The notes under the pieces were generated by a model, which ran no database searches, was not told where the DNA came from, and saw only the letters and a list, made by a program, of their open reading frames with translations. A stretch of DNA of 64,000 bases from an uncultured Chthoniobacter sp. Lineage in GTDB: Bacteria; Verrucomicrobiota; Verrucomicrobiia; Chthoniobacterales; UBA6821. The stretch lies in assembly GCA_964402065.1 (NCBI GenBank), contig CAYOAN010000001.1, positions 200,920 to 264,919 on the forward strand. Direction: 5' to 3'. Positions 38,806-46,864 of this stretch are shown in pieces. Position 1 is the stretch's first letter; every line of letters begins with the position of its first letter. The position numbers were made by a program, and so were the translations under genes.

Positions 38806-40314
38806 ATGAATAAAAATCCTGCTGAATTAAAAAGTGAAATCCTTCGTCTTACGCGTGAGTATTCCTCGCTTGTGCATCAAGCTCATTTGCCAGCTTCAGC
38901 AAAAAAGCCTGACTTTATTCCAGGTGAAACAATGATTCCGTATGCCGGGCGTGTTTTCAATGAAAGTGAAGTAGAAGCTGCTGTAGCAAGTACTCTTGAT
39001 TTTTGGTTGACTCTTGGTAAAGAAGGAAGCGCTTTTGAAAAAGAGTTTGCAGAGTTTTTGGGAGTGAAGCACACACTTTTGGTTAACTCTGGTTCTTCAG
39101 CAAATTTAATAGCCCTTTCAGCACTAACTACTCACAAACTTCCATCCCATCAGCGTTTGAAGCCAGGTGACGAAGTGATTACGGTTGCTGCTGGTTTTCC
39201 AACAACAGTAGCACCAATTCTACAATTTGGAGCAGTTCCTGTTTTTTTGGATAACGATCCTCAAACTGGAAATATGAATATTGCATTGCTTGAAGAAGCA
39301 TTTTGCAACGGGAAAACAAAAGCGGTCATGATGGCACATGCCCTTGGTAATCCTTTTGACATTGCAACAGTACTAGAATTTTGTCGTTGCCATGGACTTT
39401 GGCTTATTGAAGACAATTGCGATGCGCTTGGATCAACTTATTCAATGCCACTCGAGCGTGCTAAAAAATTAGGAATCACAGAAAATTCTCCTGGCATTCC
39501 GGCTGATGGAAAGAACATTACTCGCTACACAGGAACGTGGGGTGATCTTTCCACTCAATCTTTTTATCCGCCTCATCATCTCACGATGGGCGAGGGAGGT
39601 GCTGTGAATATCGTCTCACGATCGCCGCTTAAATCTTATGCGGAAAGCTTTCGTGATTGGGGGCGTGACTGCTGGTGCGCTTCTGGCCAAGACAATACTT
39701 GTCATAAACGATTTGGTTGGCAGTTGGGTGAGTTGCCACAGGGCTATGACCACAAATACATTTATAGCCATCTCGGCTACAATTTAAAGCCGCTCGATCC
39801 TCAAGCTGCTATTGGTCGTGAGCAGCTCAAAAAATTGACAGTTTTTGTCGAAGCTCGGAAAAAAAACTGGAACATTCTTCGTTCAGGTTTAGCTGGATTA
39901 GAGGAATTTTTTGACTTTTCATTACCAACCCATGCAGTCTCTTGGAATGAAGATGGGACATTCAGTTGGAATAGCTCTCAGAATCGAAGTGATTGTTCAT
40001 GGTTTGGATTTATGCTGCGAGTTAAATCAAAAGCCCCTTTTTCTCATGCTGATTTAGCATGCCACCTTGAGAGGAATAAAATTGGGACGCGAATGTTTTT
40101 TGGAGGAAATTTGTTACGACAGCCAGCATTCGTGCAGCTCAAGAAAGATCGACCTGAGGCTCTGCGTGTTGTAGGAAGCCTATCTGGAGCTGATGTCATC
40201 ATGGACAGCGCGCTTTTTTTAGGAACATATCCTGGCTTAACGCAAGCAATGTTGGATTATGAAATAAAAGTTATTTGGGATTTTGTTAAAACTCGAAAAG
40301 AGCAAACGCGTTAG
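38806..40314 (+). CDS. rfbH: CDP-6-deoxy-4-keto-hexose 3-dehydrase (E1, RfbH/DdhC/AscC type; DegT-family fold)
   Basis: 502 aa. DegT/aspartate-aminotransferase fold with His replacing the PLP-Lys (SFYPPHHLTMGEGG). Has a C-x-C-x7-C cluster (DCWCASGQDNTCH), as in the [2Fe-2S] PMP-dependent E1 dehydrase. Confidence 0.85.
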   Translation: MNKNPAELKSEILRLTREYSSLVHQAHLPASAKKPDFIPGETMIPYAGRVFNESEVEAAVASTLDFWLTLGKEGSAFEKEFAEFLGVKHTLLVNSGSSANLIALSALTTHKLPSHQRLKPGDEVITVAAGFPTTVAPILQFGAVPVFLDNDPQTGNMNIALLEEAFCNGKTKAVMMAHALGNPFDIATVLEFCRCHGLWLIEDNCDALGSTYSMPLERAKKLGITENSPGIPADGKNITRYTGTWGDLSTQSFYPPHHLTMGEGGAVNIVSRSPLKSYAESFRDWGRDCWCASGQDNTCHKRFGWQLGELPQGYDHKYIYSHLGYNLKPLDPQAAIGREQLKKLTVFVEARKKNWNILRSGLAGLEEFFDFSLPTHAVSWNEDGTFSWNSSQNRSDCSWFGFMLRVKSKAPFSHADLACHLERNKIGTRMFFGGNLLRQPAFVQLKKDRPEALRVVGSLSGADVIMDSALFLGTYPGLTQAMLDYEIKVIWDFVKTRKEQTR

Positions 40315-40432
40315 TGAGTTTTAGGAAAACAAAACTATAAAATGCGAGTGCCTCAAAACTTTTGGCCCTACTTTCTTAAAGCTTCAGCGTTCTTTTCTGT
40401 AATCTCAAAGTAATTTAGCTATAACATTTTTT

Positions 40433-41455
40433 ATGGTGCTGCGACCTCTTCCGTTAGAAGATCTTGAACATGTCTTAACTCATACGAAGCCGCTCTGGGA
40501 GAGCCTTCGCAGAGGTCGTATTTTTGTGACAGGAGCAACAGGATTTTTTGGGATTTGGCTATTAGAAACTTTTTTATATGCCAATGAACAGTTGGACTTG
40601 AGAGCAGAACTTGTAGGACTGAGCCGTGATCCTTCTTCTTTTGCTGCAAAAGCACCTCATCTTTTTAATCATCAAGCCATTCAAATGTGTGCTGGAGATG
40701 TGCGTGATTTTATATTTCCGGAAGGAAAATTTTCCCATGTGATTCATGCAGGAACAACTGCGAGCGTTCCTGTGCCGCCGCTCGAAATGCTAGAAACGAT
40801 CACTCAGGGAACACAGCGTGTGCTCGATTTTGCTGTTGCGTGTGAAGCAAGGCGGTTTTTGTTTGTGAGCTCGGGGGCTGTTTATGGAGAGGCTTCATCA
40901 GTACGGCATTATTTTTCAGAAGAAGATCATGCTGCTCCAGACCCCATGAAATCAGGCTCTGCCTATGGTGAAGGAAAGAGGCTTGCGGAGTTATTATGCC
41001 GTCTTTGTCACGACCAACATGGCTTAGAGACAATGATTGCTCGCTGTTTTACTTTTGTAGGTCCTCATCTCCCACTGGATGCTCATTTTGCTATTGGAAA
41101 TTTTTTGCGCGATGCTTTAGAAAAAAAACCGATTATCATTAAAAGTGATGGTAGCTCCCAACGTTCCTACCTTTATACTGCTGACCTTATGGTTTGGCTC
41201 TGGACAATTTTATTCAAGGGGCAGTCATGCCGTCCTTACAATGTTGGTTCAGAGCACGCGATCACGATCAAGCAATTAGCAGAAAAAATTCAGACTATAT
41301 TACAACTCAAAGAAAGCTTACGGGTCGGGATAGGGGGTACAAGCTCCTGTTACCTACCTCAGACACAACGTGCCCAAAATGAATTGGGGCTTAAAGAATG
41401 GGTAAGTCTGGAAGAGAGTGTAATGAGATCTTTTAAATGGTCATACTCTCATTAA
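40433..41455 (+). CDS. NAD-dependent epimerase/dehydratase-family (extended SDR) enzyme
   Basis: 340 aa. VTGATGFFG Rossmann motif, SAYGEGK (YxxxK). The position after rfbH suggests a CDP-sugar 4-reductase/epimerase, but specificity is unknown. Confidence 0.85.
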   Translation: MVLRPLPLEDLEHVLTHTKPLWESLRRGRIFVTGATGFFGIWLLETFLYANEQLDLRAELVGLSRDPSSFAAKAPHLFNHQAIQMCAGDVRDFIFPEGKFSHVIHAGTTASVPVPPLEMLETITQGTQRVLDFAVACEARRFLFVSSGAVYGEASSVRHYFSEEDHAAPDPMKSGSAYGEGKRLAELLCRLCHDQHGLETMIARCFTFVGPHLPLDAHFAIGNFLRDALEKKPIIIKSDGSSQRSYLYTADLMVWLWTILFKGQSCRPYNVGSEHAITIKQLAEKIQTILQLKESLRVGIGGTSSCYLPQTQRAQNELGLKEWVSLEESVMRSFKWSYSH

Positions 41456-41461
41456 GGAGAA

Positions 41462-43195
41462 ATGAAAAAGAAAGTTTTCAGTTTTTTTCAAACTAGCCTG
41501 TTTAAAAAAATTGGCTATGGAAGTTTTGTCATTGCTGTGCTGTTTTTAGGAAGCATTTTTTTTATGCAAAATAGCGTAGAACATTTTTGGATCATGATCT
41601 TCTTGTCTGGAATTGTCGCTTTGTTATTAGGAGTGCTTTTGGAAACATCAAGTTATAAAGCGAAGGTAGAACGTTTTTTAAACCATCCTATAAAATGGAA
41701 AATAACGTGTTGTTGCTGTTTGGTGGTTTTAGTTTTTGGCACTCTTTGTTGCGGCATGCAGCAATTTGGAGGATGGGATTTTAGCATTCTTGTTGATTCC
41801 GCCTGGAGGTTTTATCAAGGCCAAATTCCGTATGAAACTTTTGTTTGTACAACTCCTCCTGGATTTTTAATAGGTGGAATGCTCGCATTTAAGTTTTTTG
41901 GAGTACGCTGGTTTTCATTAGTGCTCATTGCAGCAATTTATGGTGGAGTTACTTTTTTATGGAGTTGTTGGCTCTTAAGACAGCTCGCTGATCGTAGGCT
42001 GGTCGCATTATTGATGGCTTTACTACTACAATCATCAACGACCTTCCTTGCAGGATTTTGGTGGTTTAATTCTATTACAACAATCGCTGGAATCCTTTTT
42101 TTCTTATCAGCATTGTTGTTTTTAAGAGCGCCGCATTCTCGATATGCTCTATTTTCCTATTTGGGATCATTGATGTTACTTTTATTCATGAAGCCAAATA
42201 CCGTTGGGGTAGAAGTGATAGGAATAACAACAGTACTGTTTTTTTCATTTTCAAATGCTTCTCGAGCAAGATTGATAGGGCTTTCAATCATTGCCCTTAT
42301 TGGATGGGTAGCAATGTTATCATTGCTCAATATTAATGTGATCAATTTATTGAGGAGTTATGCAGGCATTGCTCATCGAGCATTCACCTTAAAACAATTT
42401 ATAGATAACAATCTATTTCAAATGGATGTTGTTGAAAGGAGTTTAAGAATCAGCATTTGGGGAGCATTGATCTTATTACTTCTGTCACTTTATCGTGTCA
42501 TTATCTATTCCTTCACACCTCAAAAGGGTATCGCGCTTATAACGATAATAGCTGGTATTTTTGCAACGATTAATAATTGTGAAAATGCATTGATGAGTCT
42601 TCAGTTTATCCTATTTGGAATTTGGGGCGTACTAACAGACTTCAGCGTGACCAATAGCAAACTTCTTTCTAAGCTAAGATTTTTGGTTTTAGTAGATTAT
42701 TTAGCGCTCATTTTCTTGTGCTATTTTTTATTAGGGCTTTCGTTTGGAGAAGGGATAGGACGAAATAGAGTCAAAGGGATTGGAGATTTTTTTGACTATA
42801 CAACTTCTTCAGAAACGATTTCTGGAGATTTTTTTGAAGATGTTTATGCAAGTCCACTTTTTGTGGAGCTCCATCACGCTCTAACAGCTAGTATTCCATT
42901 TTATATAGCAAGGGGAGCTTCTATTTGGTTTGGTCCGCGCTTAGGATGGGCCTATGCTGATTTTGGTCTTCCTTCCCCTGCGGGCCAGCCTGTTACTTGG
43001 GAAAGAGGTGTTTTTTATGCGCCTCAGCAAGAGCCTTATCTTATTCAAGAATGGATAGAAAAAAAATTTGATGTGTTAGTTTTTTTTAAAAATGATGCTA
43101 CCTATGTTCCCATAGAGCTTCTTCAATTTATTGGAAACAACTATTTTTTACTTCAGCAGCAAAGTCTAATAACGATTTTCTGCCGCAAGAAATAA
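41462..43195 (+). CDS. Polytopic membrane protein, GT-C-type glycosyltransferase candidate (DUF2029/GT87-like motif)
   Basis: 577 aa with at least 10 TM helices. The first-loop motif DSAWRFYQGQIPYETFVCTTPPGF resembles the D..Y..G..PY...PP loop of GT-C enzymes. Confidence 0.55.
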   Translation: MKKKVFSFFQTSLFKKIGYGSFVIAVLFLGSIFFMQNSVEHFWIMIFLSGIVALLLGVLLETSSYKAKVERFLNHPIKWKITCCCCLVVLVFGTLCCGMQQFGGWDFSILVDSAWRFYQGQIPYETFVCTTPPGFLIGGMLAFKFFGVRWFSLVLIAAIYGGVTFLWSCWLLRQLADRRLVALLMALLLQSSTTFLAGFWWFNSITTIAGILFFLSALLFLRAPHSRYALFSYLGSLMLLLFMKPNTVGVEVIGITTVLFFSFSNASRARLIGLSIIALIGWVAMLSLLNINVINLLRSYAGIAHRAFTLKQFIDNNLFQMDVVERSLRISIWGALILLLLSLYRVIIYSFTPQKGIALITIIAGIFATINNCENALMSLQFILFGIWGVLTDFSVTNSKLLSKLRFLVLVDYLALIFLCYFLLGLSFGEGIGRNRVKGIGDFFDYTTSSETISGDFFEDVYASPLFVELHHALTASIPFYIARGASIWFGPRLGWAYADFGLPSPAGQPVTWERGVFYAPQQEPYLIQEWIEKKFDVLVFFKNDATYVPIELLQFIGNNYFLLQQQSLITIFCRKK

Positions 43196-43208
43196 TTTAA
43201 TACGCTCT

Positions 43209-44693
43209 ATGTCATCACTCACTTCAAATAACCATCAGTATGACATCATTATCCTTGGCGCTGGCCCAGCAGGACTGAGTTGTGCTTACGAACATGCTAA
43301 ACGAGAACATCGAGGATTAATCCTTGAGAAAAACTCTATTGTTGGAGGGCTGTCACGGACAGAAATATACCGTGGTTATCGTTTTGATGTTGGCCCCCAT
43401 CGTTTCTTCACTAAAAACGATGAGGTTGATCGGCTGTGGCATGAATTGGGCGGAGAAGAAATTATTCGAGTGCCTCGTTTAACGCGAATTTTATATCGTG
43501 GAAAATTTTTTGAATATCCATTGAAGCCATTGCAGGCCTTATTTGGATTAGGAATTGTCACATCAATACAAGCATTCTTGAGCTACCTCTTAGCACAGCT
43601 AAAACCTAAAAAAGAAACATTAACTTCCTTTGAAGATTGGGTTGTTCAAAAGTTTGGGGCAAAGCTCTATTCCATTTTTTTTAAAACTTACACCGAAAAG
43701 GTTTGGGGAATTCCTTGCTCTGAAATTGGCGCAGAATGGGCTGCTCAGCGCATCAAAGGACTTTCCCTAACGGAGGTGATACGGACTGCTTTTTGCGGGC
43801 AACGTAAAAATAAGTCAAAAAAAATTAAATCCCTTGTTGATGAATTTTCTTACCCCAAGCATGGAGCGGGGCGCGTCTATGAAAAAATGAGGAACTATGT
43901 CTGTGAGCATGGTTTCGAGGTCCGTACTTCAGAAATAGTGGAGCGCATTGCATTCATCAATGGAACGTATGAGTTATGGACACGCACCCAACATGGCCAA
44001 CTCCAGACCTATTCATGTAATGCTCTTTTTTCGAGTATTCCTTTAACGGAGTTTATCCTTAAACTGCAACCGCCTCCGCCTTCCTCTGTGATTGAAGCAG
44101 CCCGTGCACTCTACTATCGAGATCATATTACTGTGAATTTAATTTTAGATGCTCCTACGCCTTTTCCTGACAATTGGATTTATGTTCACAGTCCTGAAGT
44201 TAGGATGGCGCGCATTTGTGAATATGGAAATTTTTCCAAGGAGATGCTTGCCTCTCCCAATCACAGTGCACTGAGTGTCGAATATTTCTGTTTTGCGCAT
44301 GATGATTTATGGCAAATGAAAGACGAGACATTAATTCACTTTGCAATGGAAGAGATGAAGAGAGTCGGTCTTCTCAAGAGAGAGTCCCTTGTTGACGGCT
44401 TTGTCATTCGAGAAAAAGATAGCTACCCTGCGTACTACCTTGGACATCAGCATCACTTTGGAAAGCTCAAAAGCTTTATTTCACAATTACCAAACCTTTG
44501 GATGATTGGGCGAGGTGGCATGTATAAATATAACAATCAAGATCACTCGATCTTGTCTGGTATCCTTGCGGCCAGAGCTTATCACGGTGAACAAGTCGAT
44601 CTTTGGGAAATTAATAGCGATGAAAACTACCTCGAGGAAAAACAGCTGCCGAGTCCTTTATCCGTTGCTTCACCGCAACACGCTGGGCAGTAG
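43209..44693 (+). CDS. FAD-dependent oxidoreductase (amine-oxidase / UDP-galactopyranose-mutase-like fold)
   Basis: 494 aa. YDIIILGAGPAGLSCAYE dinucleotide-binding motif, and a GRGGMYKYNNQDH C-terminal FAD motif. Confidence 0.8.
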   Translation: MSSLTSNNHQYDIIILGAGPAGLSCAYEHAKREHRGLILEKNSIVGGLSRTEIYRGYRFDVGPHRFFTKNDEVDRLWHELGGEEIIRVPRLTRILYRGKFFEYPLKPLQALFGLGIVTSIQAFLSYLLAQLKPKKETLTSFEDWVVQKFGAKLYSIFFKTYTEKVWGIPCSEIGAEWAAQRIKGLSLTEVIRTAFCGQRKNKSKKIKSLVDEFSYPKHGAGRVYEKMRNYVCEHGFEVRTSEIVERIAFINGTYELWTRTQHGQLQTYSCNALFSSIPLTEFILKLQPPPPSSVIEAARALYYRDHITVNLILDAPTPFPDNWIYVHSPEVRMARICEYGNFSKEMLASPNHSALSVEYFCFAHDDLWQMKDETLIHFAMEEMKRVGLLKRESLVDGFVIREKDSYPAYYLGHQHHFGKLKSFISQLPNLWMIGRGGMYKYNNQDHSILSGILAARAYHGEQVDLWEINSDENYLEEKQLPSPLSVASPQHAGQ

Positions 44694-44773
44694 AAGACAC
44701 ACGGACGAAGATCTGCATTGCTGAGGAAAAATTTTCTTGTTAGAAACGAGGGCAACATTTTTCTGAAAACCAA

Positions 44774-45652
44774 ATGAAACAAGAACTCATTATCGCTGAT
44801 CGAGCTGTGGGTAAAGGCCACCCCTGTTACATCATTGGCGAAATTGGTATTAATCATAATGGAAATCTTGAGATTGCAAAAAATCTTATTTCTATTGCAA
44901 AAAATGCAGGGTGCAATGCCGTTAAGTTTCAAAAGCGCACTGTTGATCTGGTTTATACAGCAGAAGAATTAGCAAAGCCGCGTGAAAATCCTTTTGGAGT
45001 AACAAATGGCGATCTCAAGCATGGATTAGAGTTTGGAGTAGAGGAATATCGTGAGATTGATGAATATTGTAAGGAAATAGGAATGACATGGTTTGCTTCT
45101 TGTTGGGATGAGGCTTCTGTCGACTTGATAGAAAAGTTTTCCGTGCCCTGTTACAAAATTGCTTCTGCTTCACTGACGGATGATGCCCTTTTAAAACACA
45201 CACGAGCTACAGGAAAGCCGATTCTGCTTTCCACTGGCATGAGTACCTATGAAGAAATTGACCATGCTGTAACAATTTTAGGAAAAGAAAATCTCATCCT
45301 CATTCACACTTGTAGCACCTATCCTTCAAAGTATAGCGAACTAAATCTTCGTGTGATTCCAGCGCTTCAAGAACGTTATGGAGTTCTAGTTGGCTATTCA
45401 GGACATGAAACAGGCTTAGCTTCCTCAGTTGCTGCCGTAGTGATGGGGGCATGTGTGCTCGAAAGACATATTACCTTGGACCGTGCAATGTGGGGCTCTG
45501 ATCAAGCCGCTTCTCTTGCGCCAAGTGGTCTTTCCCATTTAGTGAGAGATGTGCGTCTTGTTGAAGAGTCAATGGGAGACGGAATTAAGATTGTTCAAAA
45601 AAGCGAGATTCCTGTTATGAAAAAACTTCGCCGTGTAGGATGCAAAGCATGA
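44774..45652 (+). CDS. NeuB-family ulosonic acid (N-acetylneuraminate-type) synthase, lacking the C-terminal SAF domain
   Basis: 292 aa. IIGEIGINHNG, AVKFQKRT, KIASASL, LSTGMSTYEEI, GYSGHETG, LERHITLD. Ends about 50 aa short of SAF-containing NeuB. Confidence 0.85.
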   Translation: MKQELIIADRAVGKGHPCYIIGEIGINHNGNLEIAKNLISIAKNAGCNAVKFQKRTVDLVYTAEELAKPRENPFGVTNGDLKHGLEFGVEEYREIDEYCKEIGMTWFASCWDEASVDLIEKFSVPCYKIASASLTDDALLKHTRATGKPILLSTGMSTYEEIDHAVTILGKENLILIHTCSTYPSKYSELNLRVIPALQERYGVLVGYSGHETGLASSVAAVVMGACVLERHITLDRAMWGSDQAASLAPSGLSHLVRDVRLVEESMGDGIKIVQKSEIPVMKKLRRVGCKA

Positions 45653-46116
45653 TGCCGACGATTAAAGCTATTGCTCTGGATATTGATGGAGTTTTAACAG
45701 ATGGAACATTTTTGTGGGACTCTAATGGAGGTGAACAAAAGCGTTTTAACTTTCGAGATGTTATGGGGATTGTTCGCGCTGGACGACAAGGAGTTATTTT
45801 TGCGCTCATCTCCGGAGAAAAAAACTCTATTGTTGATCGCCTTGCTGCGAAGCTCAATATTTCATCAGTCTATCAAGGCTGTTCAGATAAAGCTGCAGCC
45901 ATTCGCAGTTTTGCAAAAGAAAACAATCTTGCTCTGTCAGACATTTGTTTTATGGGGGATGATATTAACGATCTCGAGGCGCTTAACATTGTAGGCTATT
46001 CTGCAGCACCTTCTAATGCCCATGAAAGCGTGTTAAGTATTGTTAATTTTGTGACTCAAAAGGAAGGTGGCATGGGAGCCGTGAGGGAGTTAATTGATTG
46101 TTTGAATATTTTATGA
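45640..46116 (+). CDS. KdsC-family HAD phosphatase (ulosonate-phosphate phosphatase)
   Basis: IKAIALDIDGVLTDG (DxDxV/T), GDDINDL. The alternative ATG 45649 would give an ATGA overlap with the upstream stop. Confidence 0.85.
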   Translation: MQSMMPTIKAIALDIDGVLTDGTFLWDSNGGEQKRFNFRDVMGIVRAGRQGVIFALISGEKNSIVDRLAAKLNISSVYQGCSDKAAAIRSFAKENNLALSDICFMGDDINDLEALNIVGYSAAPSNAHESVLSIVNFVTQKEGGMGAVRELIDCLNIL

Positions 46117-46829
46117 AAAATATTCTTCATGGAAAAAAAGTATTAATTACTGGAGCAAGTGGCGGTTTAGGAGCCGCTATCGCAAAGGAATTAGGAACAT
46201 TAAAATGTCACCTTTTTTTAACAGGGCGTAAGCATTCTGCTCTTGAAGAAGTAGCAAAAGAACTTTCTAAAAGCACGCATGAGGTAAAAATATTTTCTGC
46301 AGACTTAGCAAAAGAAAATGAAATATTAGCTCTTGAAAAAGAAGTTCGAAAAACTTTTCAATCAATCGATATTTTGATCAATTGTGCAGGAGTCTTCCCA
46401 GTTGCTTCTATTGCAGAGACAACACTCGAGGACTTTGATCGCTGTTTTGCTCTTAATGTGAGAGCACCCTTTTATTTATCAAAACTTTTTTTGCCAGATA
46501 TGATTGCCCAGCAATGGGGGCGTATCGTTAACATAGGTTCTTCGTCTGCTTTTAGTGGTTTTAAAAATACCGCTATTTATTGTGCCTCAAAACATGCGCT
46601 CTTAGGCTTAAGTCGCGCTCTCTATCAAGAGGCCAAGGAACACAATGTAAGGGTGATCAGCCTCAATCCTGGATCTATAAAAACAGAAATGGGAAAAAAA
46701 AGTAGCGATCAAGAATTTGATACTTTTATGGATCCCGATGAGATTGCTCAATATCTAGCTTTTACTATCGCTTGGAATTCGGAAATGGTTGCAGAAGAAA
46801 TTAGGCTCAATCGTTTTGTCATGAAGTAG
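46113..46829 (+). CDS. Short-chain dehydrogenase/reductase
   Basis: ITGASGGLGAAIA, NCAG, YCASKHAL. ATG 46113 forms an ATGA overlap with the upstream stop. Confidence 0.88.
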   Translation: MKNILHGKKVLITGASGGLGAAIAKELGTLKCHLFLTGRKHSALEEVAKELSKSTHEVKIFSADLAKENEILALEKEVRKTFQSIDILINCAGVFPVASIAETTLEDFDRCFALNVRAPFYLSKLFLPDMIAQQWGRIVNIGSSSAFSGFKNTAIYCASKHALLGLSRALYQEAKEHNVRVISLNPGSIKTEMGKKSSDQEFDTFMDPDEIAQYLAFTIAWNSEMVAEEIRLNRFVMK

Positions 46830-46864
46830 TCGGCACGCCGGTTTTCTAATGCTTGTTTATTATT

